Of a DNA stretch of 32,000 nt, positions 1-10,251 are shown in pieces; the stretch's first letter is position 1, and each line of letters opens with the position of its first letter. The translations under genes were made by a program, and so were the position numbers. Source of the DNA: Candidatus Pelagibacter ubique HTCC1062. Its GTDB lineage: Bacteria; Pseudomonadota; Alphaproteobacteria; Pelagibacterales; Pelagibacteraceae. The stretch covers positions 360,001 to 392,000 of the forward strand of contig NC_007205.1 of NCBI RefSeq assembly GCF_000012345.1, written 5' to 3'. The notes below the pieces were generated by a model. The model did no database searches. It saw nothing but the letters and a program-made list of their open reading frames with translations, and was not told the origin of the DNA.

Positions 1-840
<840 letters not shown>

Positions 841-899
841 TTAATTCCTTTCCTTCATATAAGTGTTAATTTTCAATCTACAAGTTCTTACAATTATAA

Positions 900-1535
900 T
901 TAATTGTCTGAATTTTCTTTATTTTCCTCACTTTTTTGATCATCTGGAGTTTTGGTTTTTTTTGAAACTCCGACTAATGCTGGTCTTAAAAGTCTATCTT
1001 TCATCATAAAACCTTTTTGAATTTCTTGAACTATTGTTCCAGGTTCTTTTTGATCGTCATCAATTTCCATCATAGCTTGGTGTTGATTGGGATCCAATTT
1101 TTTACCAATAGAAACAACAGGTGTAATTCCATTTTTTGAAAAAATTGACACCATATCTTTACTAATAATTTCAAAATGCTCTAAAGTTTTTTTTAAAGCT
1201 TCAGTATCTTTTAGTACTTCATCACTTTCTAAAATTTGTTTTGACCTTTCAAGATTATCAATTAAATTTAAAGCTTCTTTTGCAAAAGAAAATCCACCAT
1301 AATCAAAAGCATCATCTTTTTCTTTTTCAAATCTTCTTCTTTGATTTTCCATTTCAGCAAAAGTTCTAGTAAGCTTATCTTCTAACTCCTTAATTTTTTC
1401 TTCAGGTGTAATCTCTTTTGCCTCTTCTGTTTTATCAGCTGAAATTTCTTGTTCTACTTGGTTTTGCTCCTCAGCTTTATTCTCTTTAATTTCTTCATTT
1501 TGGTTTTCAGAATTAATGTTTTGATCTTTTTCCAT
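900..1535 (-). CDS. grpE: Nucleotide exchange factor GrpE
   Basis: 211 aa with an acidic, low-complexity N-terminus, the coiled-coil segment KIKELEDKLTRTFAEMENQRRRFEKE, and the GrpE C-terminal beta domain (VVSIGKKLDPNQHQAM...IVQEIQKGFMMKDRLLRPALVGVS). It sits 62 nt upstream of dnaK. Confidence 0.93.
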   Translation of the reverse strand: MEKDQNINSENQNEEIKENKAEEQNQVEQEISADKTEEAKEITPEEKIKELEDKLTRTFAEMENQRRRFEKEKDDAFDYGGFSFAKEALNLIDNLERSKQILESDEVLKDTEALKKTLEHFEIISKDMVSIFSKNGITPVVSIGKKLDPNQHQAMMEIDDDQKEPGTIVQEIQKGFMMKDRLLRPALVGVSKKTKTPDDQKSEENKENSDN

Positions 1536-1571
1536 GACAACTTATATGGTATGAAATTTGATAATTGCTAG

Positions 1572-2174
1572 ATGTTAAAGAATAAAATTATAAAATTGTT
1601 GGTAGGCACTAATAATAAAGGAAAATTAAGAGAAATTAAGGATTTATTGCCTAAAAATGTTGAAATATACTCTCCACAGGACTTTAAAATAAAAAGCCCT
1701 CCTGAAAATGGCAAAACATTTAAGGAAAACTCCTTAATCAAAGCTAAATTTTTTTCTAAAAAATCAAAAATGATATGTCTGTCTGATGACTCGGGCTTAG
1801 AAATAGATGTTTTAGATGGAGACCCTGGAATTTATTCAGCTAGATGGGGAGGTAAAAAAGGTGATTTTAAAAAAGCAATGAATAGAGTTTTTAAGGAGTT
1901 AGATAAAAAAGACAAAAATTGGCGAGAGAAAAAAATTAAGGCCAGGTTTATTTGTGCCTTAACCATTTATAATAAAAATAAAGAAATAATAAATTCTATT
2001 GGAAAGGTTGAAGGTTTTATTTCACCAGTTATAAAAGGTAAAAATGGTTTTGGTTATGATCCTATTTTCATACCACTTGGAAAAAAAATTACATTTGGTG
2101 AAATGAGAGCATCACAGAAATATAAAATAGATCATAGATTTAAAGCTTTTAAAAAAATTAAAAAACTTTTTTAA
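1572..2174 (+). CDS. rdgB: Non-canonical purine NTP pyrophosphatase (Ham1/RdgB family)
   Basis: 200 aa with Ham1 motifs GTNNKGKLREI, DDSGLEIDVLDGDPGIYSARW and GKNGFGYDPIFIP. Its 3' end overlaps the convergent gene by 17 nt. Confidence 0.9.
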   Translation: MLKNKIIKLLVGTNNKGKLREIKDLLPKNVEIYSPQDFKIKSPPENGKTFKENSLIKAKFFSKKSKMICLSDDSGLEIDVLDGDPGIYSARWGGKKGDFKKAMNRVFKELDKKDKNWREKKIKARFICALTIYNKNKEIINSIGKVEGFISPVIKGKNGFGYDPIFIPLGKKITFGEMRASQKYKIDHRFKAFKKIKKLF

Positions 2175-3309
2175 ATTCTCCATCTTCAGCTTTATAAAAA
2201 TTTAAAATATGATTAATTTTATTGTTTTTAATTTCAAAAACTCCAACCTTTCCTTTAAACAAGGTTTTTTTAGTAAACATTTTTTTATCAATAACAGATT
2301 CGTTTTGAAGAATTAAATAATACACAAGCCCAACCAAGTCATAACTTAAAAATGACAATTGATTAGGGTACTGATTATATTTTTCAAAATATTCATTAGA
2401 AAATTCATCATAATTATCTTTATTTGCAGAAGGAAAATACAAGGGTTGTGAGCTTGTCTCTTTTAAAAGAGACTCATCAAACCATTGATTAAGAGTAATA
2501 AAATATTTTTCTTTAGGAGTTATATCCGTATAAAGCAGGGAAGTTGTTACACTTTTTAAACTTTCATCAAAATCAGAAATTACCACTGAATCAAATTTTA
2601 CACTACCAAGAGTATCTCTCTTTTTTAACCTTTCAATTAAGAGCTCTTTATTGCTTTGTTCCGATTTCTCTAATCTATTTATTTCATCTTCAAGGTTTTG
2701 TTTTCTAATTTCATAACGTGTAATTTTTTCAATTTGTTTGGTAAGTTTAGTTGGGTCAGTATTATAAATATAATTTTCTAATATTTTTATTTTAGAATTA
2801 GAAATAGCTTTTTCAATTTCATTTTTAAAACCTACATCTGGAGTAAGAAAGATAGTTTTTTTTATTTCGTTTAATTCTATAAACTTCTTAATTGCATTTA
2901 GTTGTGAAGTTGCATTAATTCCAGCGTTGATAATGTTTTTGGAAAAATTATCATTCTTATTCGTTAGAGCCAAGAATGTTAATTCACTTAACTCACTTAG
3001 GTAAATTAGACTTTCGTTAAAAACTGGACCAATTACAATTTTTATTCCTGAATTAGCCAACTCTTTAGCTGCCTTTAAAGTGACCTCAGGGTTTGACTGT
3101 GTATCTTTTGGTATAATCTCAATTGATGCATTGTTAATTGTATTAATTGCAAGACGTGTAGATTTAATTATAGATTGTCCTATTTCAGAGTTCTTTCCAG
3201 TTAAAGGGACAAGAAGACCAATCCTAATTTTCTCATTTGCCAAGAGTGCTACTGGAGTAATTGAGAAACCAAAAGCTAAAAAAAGTATAATTTTAATAAT
3301 TTTGTTCAT
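2158..3309 (-). CDS. Secreted type-I periplasmic-binding-protein-fold protein, probably a penicillin-binding-protein activator (LpoA-like)
   Basis: 383 aa with an N-terminal signal peptide (MNKIIKIILFLAFGFSITPVALLA) and no lipobox Cys. It has a LivK-like start (IRIGLLVPLTGKNSEIGQSI...) and an internal charged coiled-coil insertion (RYEIRKQNLEDEINRLEKSEQSNKELLIERLKKRD). It is divergent from rsmI, the same arrangement as E. coli lpoA(yraM)/rsmI(yraL). The function is inferred from fold-level similarity plus synteny only. Confidence 0.6.
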   Translation of the reverse strand: MNKIIKIILFLAFGFSITPVALLANEKIRIGLLVPLTGKNSEIGQSIIKSTRLAINTINNASIEIIPKDTQSNPEVTLKAAKELANSGIKIVIGPVFNESLIYLSELSELTFLALTNKNDNFSKNIINAGINATSQLNAIKKFIELNEIKKTIFLTPDVGFKNEIEKAISNSKIKILENYIYNTDPTKLTKQIEKITRYEIRKQNLEDEINRLEKSEQSNKELLIERLKKRDTLGSVKFDSVVISDFDESLKSVTTSLLYTDITPKEKYFITLNQWFDESLLKETSSQPLYFPSANKDNYDEFSNEYFEKYNQYPNQLSFLSYDLVGLVYYLILQNESVIDKKMFTKKTLFKGKVGVFEIKNNKINHILNFYKAEDGEFKKVF

Positions 3310-3338
3310 TTTAATGTTATTATTATAACTATTATAAT

Positions 3339-4205
3339 TTGATGATTCTACATACTGAAAATATAAATAATAAAGTTAAAAGTGGTCTTTATATTGTATC
3401 TACTCCAATTGGGAACTTAAGCGACATCACTTTAAGAGCCCTAGAAGTATTAAAAAAATCGGATTATGTACTGTGTGAGGATACACGTATTTCAAAAAAT
3501 TTATTAGAACGGTATGAAATTAAATCAAAACTTATTGCAAATCATAAATTTAATGAAAAAAAAAATTTATCGAAAGTAATTGATATTTTAAAATCAGGAT
3601 CGGTCGTTTCTTTGATTTCTGACGCTGGAACTCCATCTATCTCAGATCCAGGAGCTATATTAGTCAATGAATGTGTTATTAATGAAATAGATATCTTTCC
3701 AATTCCGGGTGCGTCAGCTGTTTCTTCTGCAGTTTCCATAAGTGGATTTAATGAAAAATATTTTTTTTATGGTTTTTTTCCAGATAAAAATAGCAAATTA
3801 AGTGAAGATTTCGAAAGACTTGCAAATTTAGAGGGCTGTATTGTTTTTTTTATTTCTCCACGAAAATTTAATAGATCGATAAAAGATTTAAAACGTTACT
3901 TTTTAAATAGAAAAATTTTGGTTTGCAGAGAAATGACAAAATTTTATGAGGAATATATAAGAACAGATGTGGAGACACTTGAACCATTTAAATCTGATCC
4001 CAAAGGAGAGTTAACAATTGTTATTTCTGAAAAGGTAAAAGAAAAAAATTCATCGATAATATTAAAAGAATCTGATAAAGTAATTATTCAAAAATTAATT
4101 AAAAAACTAAGCATAAAAGATATTACAGATTTAATTAGCCAAAATACGAATGTATCAAAAAAAGAAATTTACAATTATTGTTTAAAAATAAAAAATGAAA
4201 AATAA
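3339..4205 (+). CDS. rsmI: 16S rRNA (cytidine1402-2'-O)-methyltransferase RsmI
   Basis: 288 aa with the tetrapyrrole-methylase-fold N-terminus LYIVSTPIGNLSDITLRALEVLKKSDYVLCEDTR and SDAGTPSISDPG. The start could be the second Met at 3342. Confidence 0.9.
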   Translation: MMILHTENINNKVKSGLYIVSTPIGNLSDITLRALEVLKKSDYVLCEDTRISKNLLERYEIKSKLIANHKFNEKKNLSKVIDILKSGSVVSLISDAGTPSISDPGAILVNECVINEIDIFPIPGASAVSSAVSISGFNEKYFFYGFFPDKNSKLSEDFERLANLEGCIVFFISPRKFNRSIKDLKRYFLNRKILVCREMTKFYEEYIRTDVETLEPFKSDPKGELTIVISEKVKEKNSSIILKESDKVIIQKLIKKLSIKDITDLISQNTNVSKKEIYNYCLKIKNEK

Positions 4206-4788
4206 AATATTTTTAATAAGTTTAATTTTTTTAATCTTAACAGGGTGTGTTGGGATTAGCTCAAAAGGAGTTTTTGGAACAGGTGTTAGTGTTGCGTTTG
4301 ATCCAAGATCTTTAGGGACCCAAATAGACGATTCTGTAATGCAAAAAAATTTAGCTGCGAGATTAGCCCTAAGAGACAAGAGCTATATCTTAGCTGTTAG
4401 CACAAAAGTTTTAGATGGAAAAATTTTTGTAACAGGAAAAGTAGATGATCCTGAAGAAAAACTTCAAATTACTAAACTTGCATGGGAAACAAAAGGTGTC
4501 AGATCAGTTAAAAACGATATTAAAATAAAAGAAGATTTTAATTTCAAACAATCAGCTAAAGATTTGTTAATTACATCTCAACTTCGTACTGCTTTAATAT
4601 TTAACAAAAAAATTAAAGCAACCAATTATCAAATTGATACTTATAAGAAAAAAATATTTATTTATGGGATTTCTTTAACCACAGAAGAAAGAAAAGAAGT
4701 AATAAATGAAGCAAAAGAAATACTAGATGTAGAAGATGTTATTGCAAGTATTGTCTTGGTTGAAGATTTAAGAATTCAAAAAAATTAA
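4195..4788 (+). CDS. Dual BON-domain lipoprotein (DolP/YraP/OsmY-like)
   Basis: 197 aa with a lipoprotein signal and lipobox LILTG|C. Two BON-like repeats are present (...VSTKVLDGKIFVTGKVDDPEEK... and ...IDTYKKKIFIYGISLTTEERKE...). It overlaps the rsmI stop by 11 nt. In E. coli yraP lies in the same neighbourhood as rsmI and lpoA. Confidence 0.75.
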   Translation: MKNKIFLISLIFLILTGCVGISSKGVFGTGVSVAFDPRSLGTQIDDSVMQKNLAARLALRDKSYILAVSTKVLDGKIFVTGKVDDPEEKLQITKLAWETKGVRSVKNDIKIKEDFNFKQSAKDLLITSQLRTALIFNKKIKATNYQIDTYKKKIFIYGISLTTEERKEVINEAKEILDVEDVIASIVLVEDLRIQKN

Positions 4789-7073
4789 CTTTTTTTATAA
4801 TCAATTACATCAGCAGAGTAGGCAGCAACTGAAGCTAAATTTATGATTTCTGAAGTAGATGACCTTAAAGGAGCTATTTCAATGGGTTGACCCAATCCAA
4901 TTAAAAGAGGACCAATAACTTTTGTGTCACCTAAGCTTTTCATCATTTTATAAGAAATAGCAGCACTGTGTTGGCCCGGCATTATTAATATATTTGCATT
5001 TCCTACAATACTTGAGAAAGGATATAATTCTTTGTACTCTTCATTTAAGGCAACATCTGGCTGCATGTCCCCATCAAAATCAAAATCTACATTTTTATCT
5101 TTTAAAATTTCAACAGCCTTTTTTATATGTTTAGTTCTACTTGTTAGAGGTTGACCAAAAGTAGAGTGAGAAACAAAAGCAACTTTTGGAACAAATCCAA
5201 ACATTTTAACAACCCTAGCTGATGAAATTGCAATTTCTGCAAGCTCCTCTGAACTTGGATATTCATTTACACTCGTGTCTCCAACAAAAATAGTTTTTCC
5301 TTTAGCAACAACCATATTTAATCCAAACATGATTTCACCTGGTCTAGCATCTATAACTTGTGTAACTTTATCAAAAGAAGCTCCAAATCTTCTAGTATTT
5401 CCAGTGACAGCACCATCTGCATCACCACAAGCAACCATACAAGATGCCCATACAACCCTATCATTTCTAACTAATCTATCACAATCTCTTTCCAAAAGAC
5501 CTTTCTCTCTTTGCAATTTTTCAAATAAAAAGTTTACGTACTTTTCTCTTTTTTCTTTGTCTTCAGAATTAACTATTTCAATATCAAAATTTTGATTGTA
5601 GCCAATTTCTTTTATTCTTTCTTTAATTTTATTTTTTTTACCAATTAAAATTGGTGTACCCAATTTAGAATTTTTAAATGCAATTGCCGCCTTAAGAGTG
5701 TTTTCGTCTTCTCCATCTGCAAAAACAATTCTCTTTTGATTTTTTTTGATATGAGAGTTAATACCTTGCATAATAGTTACTGAGGGATCTAGTCTTTGTT
5801 TGAGTTGGTCTCTATAAGCCTCAAAATCTTTTATATGTTTTTTTGCAACACCACTATCCATAGCAGCTTTTGCAACAGCTGCAGGAATTACACTAATCAG
5901 TCTTGGATCAAACGTGGATGGAATTATATAATCTTTTCCATATTTAGGACGATCTCCTCCCATTGCGGCAACAACTTCATCTGGAACATCTTCTCTTGCT
6001 AATTTTGCAATTGCGTTTGCAGCTGCAACCTTCATTTCTTCATTAATAGTTGTAGCTCTTACGTCTAATGCTCCTCTAAAAATATAAGGAAAACCAATTA
6101 AATTGTTTACTTGATTGGGATAATCAGATCTTCCAGTTGCAATAATGGCATCATCTCTAACTTCCATTATTTCTTCAGGTGTTATTTCAGGATCAGGATT
6201 CGCGCAGGCAAAAATTATTGGGTTCTTAGCCATAGTTTTTACTAACTCTTTTTTCAAAGCTCCTTTGGCAGATAATCCTAAAAATACGTCAGCTCCATTT
6301 ATAGCTTCTTCTAAAGTTCTTTTTTTAGTTTCTACTGCATGGGCAGATTTCCACTGGTCCATTCCCTCAGTTCTACCTCTATAGACCACTCCTTTACGAT
6401 CAAGCATGATTACATTTTCACTAAGTACACCACTATTTTTAAATAAATTTGTACAAGCAATTGCTGATGCACCTGCTCCATTTACAACAACTTTAATGTC
6501 TTTTATTGATTTACCACTAATATCTAAGGCGTTAATTAATGCAGCTGTAGTTATAATTGCTGTTCCATGTTGATCGTCATGAAAAACTGGAATATCTAAA
6601 ATTTCTTTTAATTTTTCTTCAATTATAAAACAATCAGGAGCTGCGATATCTTCTAAGTTAATACCACCAAAACTGCATGCAAAGTTTTTAATACTATTAA
6701 TAATTTCATCGGAATCTTGAGAGTCAATTTCTAAGTCAATAGAATCGATATCGGCAAATCTCTTAAATAAAACTGCCTTTCCCTCCATGACAGGTTTAGA
6801 TGCAAGTGCTCCTAAATTACCCATTCCTAAAATAGCTGATCCATTACTTATCACTGCAACTAAATTTCCTTTAGATGTATAATCGTATGCTGTCTCTGGA
6901 TCGTCAGCGATTGCTTGAACTGGAACTGCAACACCAGGAGAATAAGCTAATGCCAAATCTCTCTTAGTTGTCATTGGTTTTGAAGAATTTATTTCTATTT
7001 TTCCTGGCTTATTTAAGCTGTGGAATTCTAGAGCCTCTTTATCAGTATAATGATCTATTTTAGTTTTTTTCAT
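4785..7073 (-). CDS. maeB: NADP-dependent malic enzyme (malic enzyme domains fused to a phosphotransacetylase-like C-terminal domain)
   Basis: 762 aa. The N-terminal half carries malic-enzyme motifs (LALAYSPGVA, VISNGSAILGMGNLGA, FGGINLEDI, VVNGAGASA). The C-terminal ~330 aa is PTA-like (RIVFADGEDENTLKAA...). This length and architecture are typical of MaeB. Confidence 0.93.
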   Translation of the reverse strand: MKKTKIDHYTDKEALEFHSLNKPGKIEINSSKPMTTKRDLALAYSPGVAVPVQAIADDPETAYDYTSKGNLVAVISNGSAILGMGNLGALASKPVMEGKAVLFKRFADIDSIDLEIDSQDSDEIINSIKNFACSFGGINLEDIAAPDCFIIEEKLKEILDIPVFHDDQHGTAIITTAALINALDISGKSIKDIKVVVNGAGASAIACTNLFKNSGVLSENVIMLDRKGVVYRGRTEGMDQWKSAHAVETKKRTLEEAINGADVFLGLSAKGALKKELVKTMAKNPIIFACANPDPEITPEEIMEVRDDAIIATGRSDYPNQVNNLIGFPYIFRGALDVRATTINEEMKVAAANAIAKLAREDVPDEVVAAMGGDRPKYGKDYIIPSTFDPRLISVIPAAVAKAAMDSGVAKKHIKDFEAYRDQLKQRLDPSVTIMQGINSHIKKNQKRIVFADGEDENTLKAAIAFKNSKLGTPILIGKKNKIKERIKEIGYNQNFDIEIVNSEDKEKREKYVNFLFEKLQREKGLLERDCDRLVRNDRVVWASCMVACGDADGAVTGNTRRFGASFDKVTQVIDARPGEIMFGLNMVVAKGKTIFVGDTSVNEYPSSEELAEIAISSARVVKMFGFVPKVAFVSHSTFGQPLTSRTKHIKKAVEILKDKNVDFDFDGDMQPDVALNEEYKELYPFSSIVGNANILIMPGQHSAAISYKMMKSLGDTKVIGPLLIGLGQPIEIAPLRSSTSEIINLASVAAYSADVIDYKKS

Positions 7074-7123
7074 TTATGTTAATTAGATATACAAATGGAG
7101 CAAATTTAAGACTAATATGATTT

Positions 7124-8650
7124 ATGAACCTTATTAAGTCAACAAGCACGTTTAGCTTTTTTACAATAATTAGTAGGTTACTGGGCTATTTAAGAGATAT
7201 TTTAATAGCAGTATTCCTTGGAACTGGAATTTTGGCAGATGCTTTCTTTGTGGCGTTTAGAATTCCCAACACTTTTAGAAGGTTATTTTCTGAAGGAACA
7301 TTTAATGCAGCTTTTGTTCCAAGCTACTCATCATTATTGAATAAAAAAAAAGAAGCACAAAATTTTGCTAATAGTATTTTTAATCTACTCACCCTAGGTC
7401 TAATAATTTTAGTTCTGATTGTAGAGATATTGATGCCTTTATTTGTTTATCTAATTGCACCAGGTTTTGAAGGCGATTATGATAAAATGGAACTAGCTAT
7501 AACCTTAACAAGAATTACCTTCCCATTTTTAATTTTCATAAGTTTGGCATCATTTTTTTCTGCAATTTTAAATTCACATAATAAATTTGCAATAGCGTCC
7601 GCTGCGCCAATTATTTTAAATATACTTTTAATTGGAGTTTTGTTATTTGCAAAAATATTAGACGATAATCTTGTTTATTATTTATCTTATGCTGTAACCA
7701 TTTCAGGCGTTGTACAATTTATTTTTCTATACTTTTTTGTAAAAAAAAATTTTTCACCTAAGATTAAATTTAAAATTAACATTAATAAAAAAATTAAAAA
7801 CTTTTTTAAAAAATTATTACCTAGTATTTTTTCATCAGGTGTTACTCAAATAAATATTTTAGTAGGAACAATTATTGCATCTTTTCAAGCTAGTGCGGTT
7901 TCTTACCTTTATTATGCTGACAGAGTTTATCAAATAAATTTAGCCATTGCTGGAATTGCAATTGGTACAGTTATTTTACCCCAACTATCCAAATATGTTA
8001 AAAGTCAAAATAAAGATAAAATAAACTTAATTCAAAATAAAGCTTTAGAACTTAGTCTATTCTTGAGTATCCCAGCAACAGTTGCATTATTAATTGCCTC
8101 AGAAGAAATTATTTCTTCATTATTTGGCTATGGTTCTTTTGATGAATTAAGTGTTAAGAATTCAGCAAAAGCTCTATTTTATTTTGCAATTGGTTTGCCT
8201 GCTTTTTCATTAATAAAAGTTTTTTCGACATTTTTTTTCGCAAGACATAATACAAAAATACCGTTTTATATTTCATTATTATCTGTTTTATTAAATATAT
8301 TTATAAGCGTTATCTTTTTTAAACAAATTGGTTTTATAATCATACCAATCGCAACTACCACTTCATCCTGGTTTAATGCATTGCTATTGTTTATCTTTTT
8401 AAAAAAAGAAAGTTTTTTCAATTTTAATCATGTCTTTATAGATAGATTAATTAAAATTTTAACAGCATCAGTGATTATGGGAATATTTTTTAATTATATA
8501 ATTTATTTTTTTAATAATGAATTATCCTATCAAGAAAATTTTAAAGCGATCTATTTAGTGGGTGCTGTTATTACTGGTCTTATATTTTATTTTTTCATTG
8601 CAGTTTTAATCAAGGCTTTTAAAAGAACAGATATTAATTTAAACTATTGA
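7124..8650 (+). CDS. murJ: Lipid II flippase MurJ (MviN)
   Basis: 508 aa, polytopic membrane protein. It has the MurJ N-terminus [55 protein letters not shown]. Confidence 0.92.
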   Translation: MNLIKSTSTFSFFTIISRLLGYLRDILIAVFLGTGILADAFFVAFRIPNTFRRLFSEGTFNAAFVPSYSSLLNKKKEAQNFANSIFNLLTLGLIILVLIVEILMPLFVYLIAPGFEGDYDKMELAITLTRITFPFLIFISLASFFSAILNSHNKFAIASAAPIILNILLIGVLLFAKILDDNLVYYLSYAVTISGVVQFIFLYFFVKKNFSPKIKFKININKKIKNFFKKLLPSIFSSGVTQINILVGTIIASFQASAVSYLYYADRVYQINLAIAGIAIGTVILPQLSKYVKSQNKDKINLIQNKALELSLFLSIPATVALLIASEEIISSLFGYGSFDELSVKNSAKALFYFAIGLPAFSLIKVFSTFFFARHNTKIPFYISLLSVLLNIFISVIFFKQIGFIIIPIATTTSSWFNALLLFIFLKKESFFNFNHVFIDRLIKILTASVIMGIFFNYIIYFFNNELSYQENFKAIYLVGAVITGLIFYFFIAVLIKAFKRTDINLNY

Positions 8651-8651
8651 T

Positions 8652-9653
8652 ATGATTAAAAAAATTTTTTCTGGAGTACAACCTACTGGTAACTTACATT
8701 TAGGAAACTATCTCGGAGCAATTAAAAATTTTGTAAAACTCCAAAATGAAAAAGAAAATGAGTGTATTTTTTGTGTAGTTGACCTTCATGCAATTACAGT
8801 AAAACAAGATCCTAAGGAACTAAAAAAGAATATAAGAGAAACTGCGGCAACATTTATTGCAAGTGGAATAGATCCTAACAAAAGTATAATTTTTAATCAA
8901 TCAATGGTTCCAGCTCACTCTGAAGCCGCATGGATATTAAGTTGTGTTTCAAGAATTGGCTGGCTTAATAGAATGACTCAGTTTAAGGAAAAAGCTGGAA
9001 AAGATAAGGAAAAAGCTAGTATTGGCCTTTACTCCTATCCAGTATTAATGGCTGCTGATATCCTGTTGTATGACGCAACTCATGTTCCTGTTGGTGATGA
9101 TCAAAAACAACACTTAGAACTTTGTAGAGATATAGCACAAAAATTTAATAACGATTTTAATGCAACAGATTTTTTAAAAGTTCCAGAGCCCTTAATACAG
9201 AAAGAGTTTTCTAGAATAATGAGTCTTAAAGATGGTTTAAAAAAAATGAGCAAATCAGATCCTTCAGATTTGAGCAGAATTAATCTTACAGATAATAGCG
9301 AAGAGATTTTAAATAAAATTAAAAAAGCAAAAACGGATCCTTTGCCACTTCCTTCAGATATTAAAGATTTAAACGAAAGACCAGAAGCTGAAAATTTATT
9401 AGGGATTTATTCAAGTTTAAAAAATCAAAATTTAGAAAAATCTATTATTGAATTTAAAGGAAAAAATTTTTCGGAGTTTAAAGAGAAGTTATCAGAGACT
9501 TTAATTGAAACAATTGATCCAATTTCAAAAGAAATAAAAAAATTATTAAATGATGAAGGTTATTTAGATAAAATTCTTTTAGAAGGTTCTAATAAAGCTA
9601 ATAAAATTGCTTCAAAAAAAATAAAAGAAATTAAAGATTTAGTAGGTTTTTAA
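8652..9653 (+). CDS. trpS: Tryptophan--tRNA ligase
   Basis: 333 aa, class I aaRS. It has the HIGH-type motif [15 protein letters not shown], the KMSKS motif (KKMSKSDPS) and [10 protein letters not shown]. It starts 1 nt after the murJ stop. Confidence 0.95.
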   Translation: MIKKIFSGVQPTGNLHLGNYLGAIKNFVKLQNEKENECIFCVVDLHAITVKQDPKELKKNIRETAATFIASGIDPNKSIIFNQSMVPAHSEAAWILSCVSRIGWLNRMTQFKEKAGKDKEKASIGLYSYPVLMAADILLYDATHVPVGDDQKQHLELCRDIAQKFNNDFNATDFLKVPEPLIQKEFSRIMSLKDGLKKMSKSDPSDLSRINLTDNSEEILNKIKKAKTDPLPLPSDIKDLNERPEAENLLGIYSSLKNQNLEKSIIEFKGKNFSEFKEKLSETLIETIDPISKEIKKLLNDEGYLDKILLEGSNKANKIASKKIKEIKDLVGF

Positions 9654-9706
9654 TAAGATTATATTAATTAGTTTAAATTTTCTCAGTAATCATTATATAT
9701 AAAAAG

Positions 9707-10249
9707 ATGTTTATTCAAACTGAAGTAACACCAAACCCAAATTCACTAAAGTTTTTGCCTGGAAAAACAGTTTCCAATAATGGATCATTTGAAGTGATAA
9801 AAAAAGAAGAAACTGATAATGAATTAGTAAGAAATATTTTATCAATTAATGGGGTAACAGGCGTATTTTTAGGAGAAGATTTTATATCTATAAATAAAAA
9901 TGAAGAAGTAAATTGGGAAGATATTAAACATATAGCCATTTCACTGATTAATGATTTTTATTCTACAGGAAAAGAATTTGTAATTGCCAATGAGTTACTT
10001 GGAGAAAAAAAAGAGGAACACACTGAAATCGAAAAGCAAATTATAAGTATCTTAGAATCAAAGATTAGACCTGCTGTTGCAAAAGATGGTGGTGATATTA
10101 AATTTAAAGAATTTAAAGATGGAATTGTTAAGGTAGAATTACAGGGAAGCTGCTCTGGTTGTCCCAGCTCGACAATGACCTTAAAACAAGGTGTACAAAA
10201 TCTTTTGTGTCACTATTTACCTGAGGTTAAAGAAGTGGTTGCAATATAG
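9707..10249 (+). CDS. NifU/Nfu-type Fe-S cluster carrier (Nfu_N domain plus NifU C-terminal CxxC domain)
   Basis: 180 aa. The N-terminus is MFIQTEVTPNPNSLKFLPG (Nfu N-terminal domain). The C-terminus is IRPAVAKDGGDIKFKEF...VELQGSCSGCPSSTMTLKQGVQN. Confidence 0.88.
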   Translation: MFIQTEVTPNPNSLKFLPGKTVSNNGSFEVIKKEETDNELVRNILSINGVTGVFLGEDFISINKNEEVNWEDIKHIAISLINDFYSTGKEFVIANELLGEKKEEHTEIEKQIISILESKIRPAVAKDGGDIKFKEFKDGIVKVELQGSCSGCPSSTMTLKQGVQNLLCHYLPEVKEVVAI

Positions 10250-10251
10250 TT

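Noticed and set aside
890-907. AT-only 7-bp palindrome ACAATTA-TAAT-TAATTGT overlapping the grpE stop codon.
   Set aside because: It has seven A/T-dominated pairs and no U-tract. Such palindromes arise readily by chance at this base composition, and grpE-dnaK are expected to be co-transcribed.
1536-1640. I looked for a CIRCE element (TTAGCACTC-N9-GAGTGCTAA) or an alphaproteobacterial sigma-32 promoter (CTTG-N17/18-CYTATNTNNG) upstream of grpE.
   Set aside because: There is no CIRCE-like inverted repeat. The nearest sigma-32-like string (CTAG-N18-CCATATAAG on the minus strand) mismatches the conserved core of the -10, so I cannot support a heat-shock promoter call.
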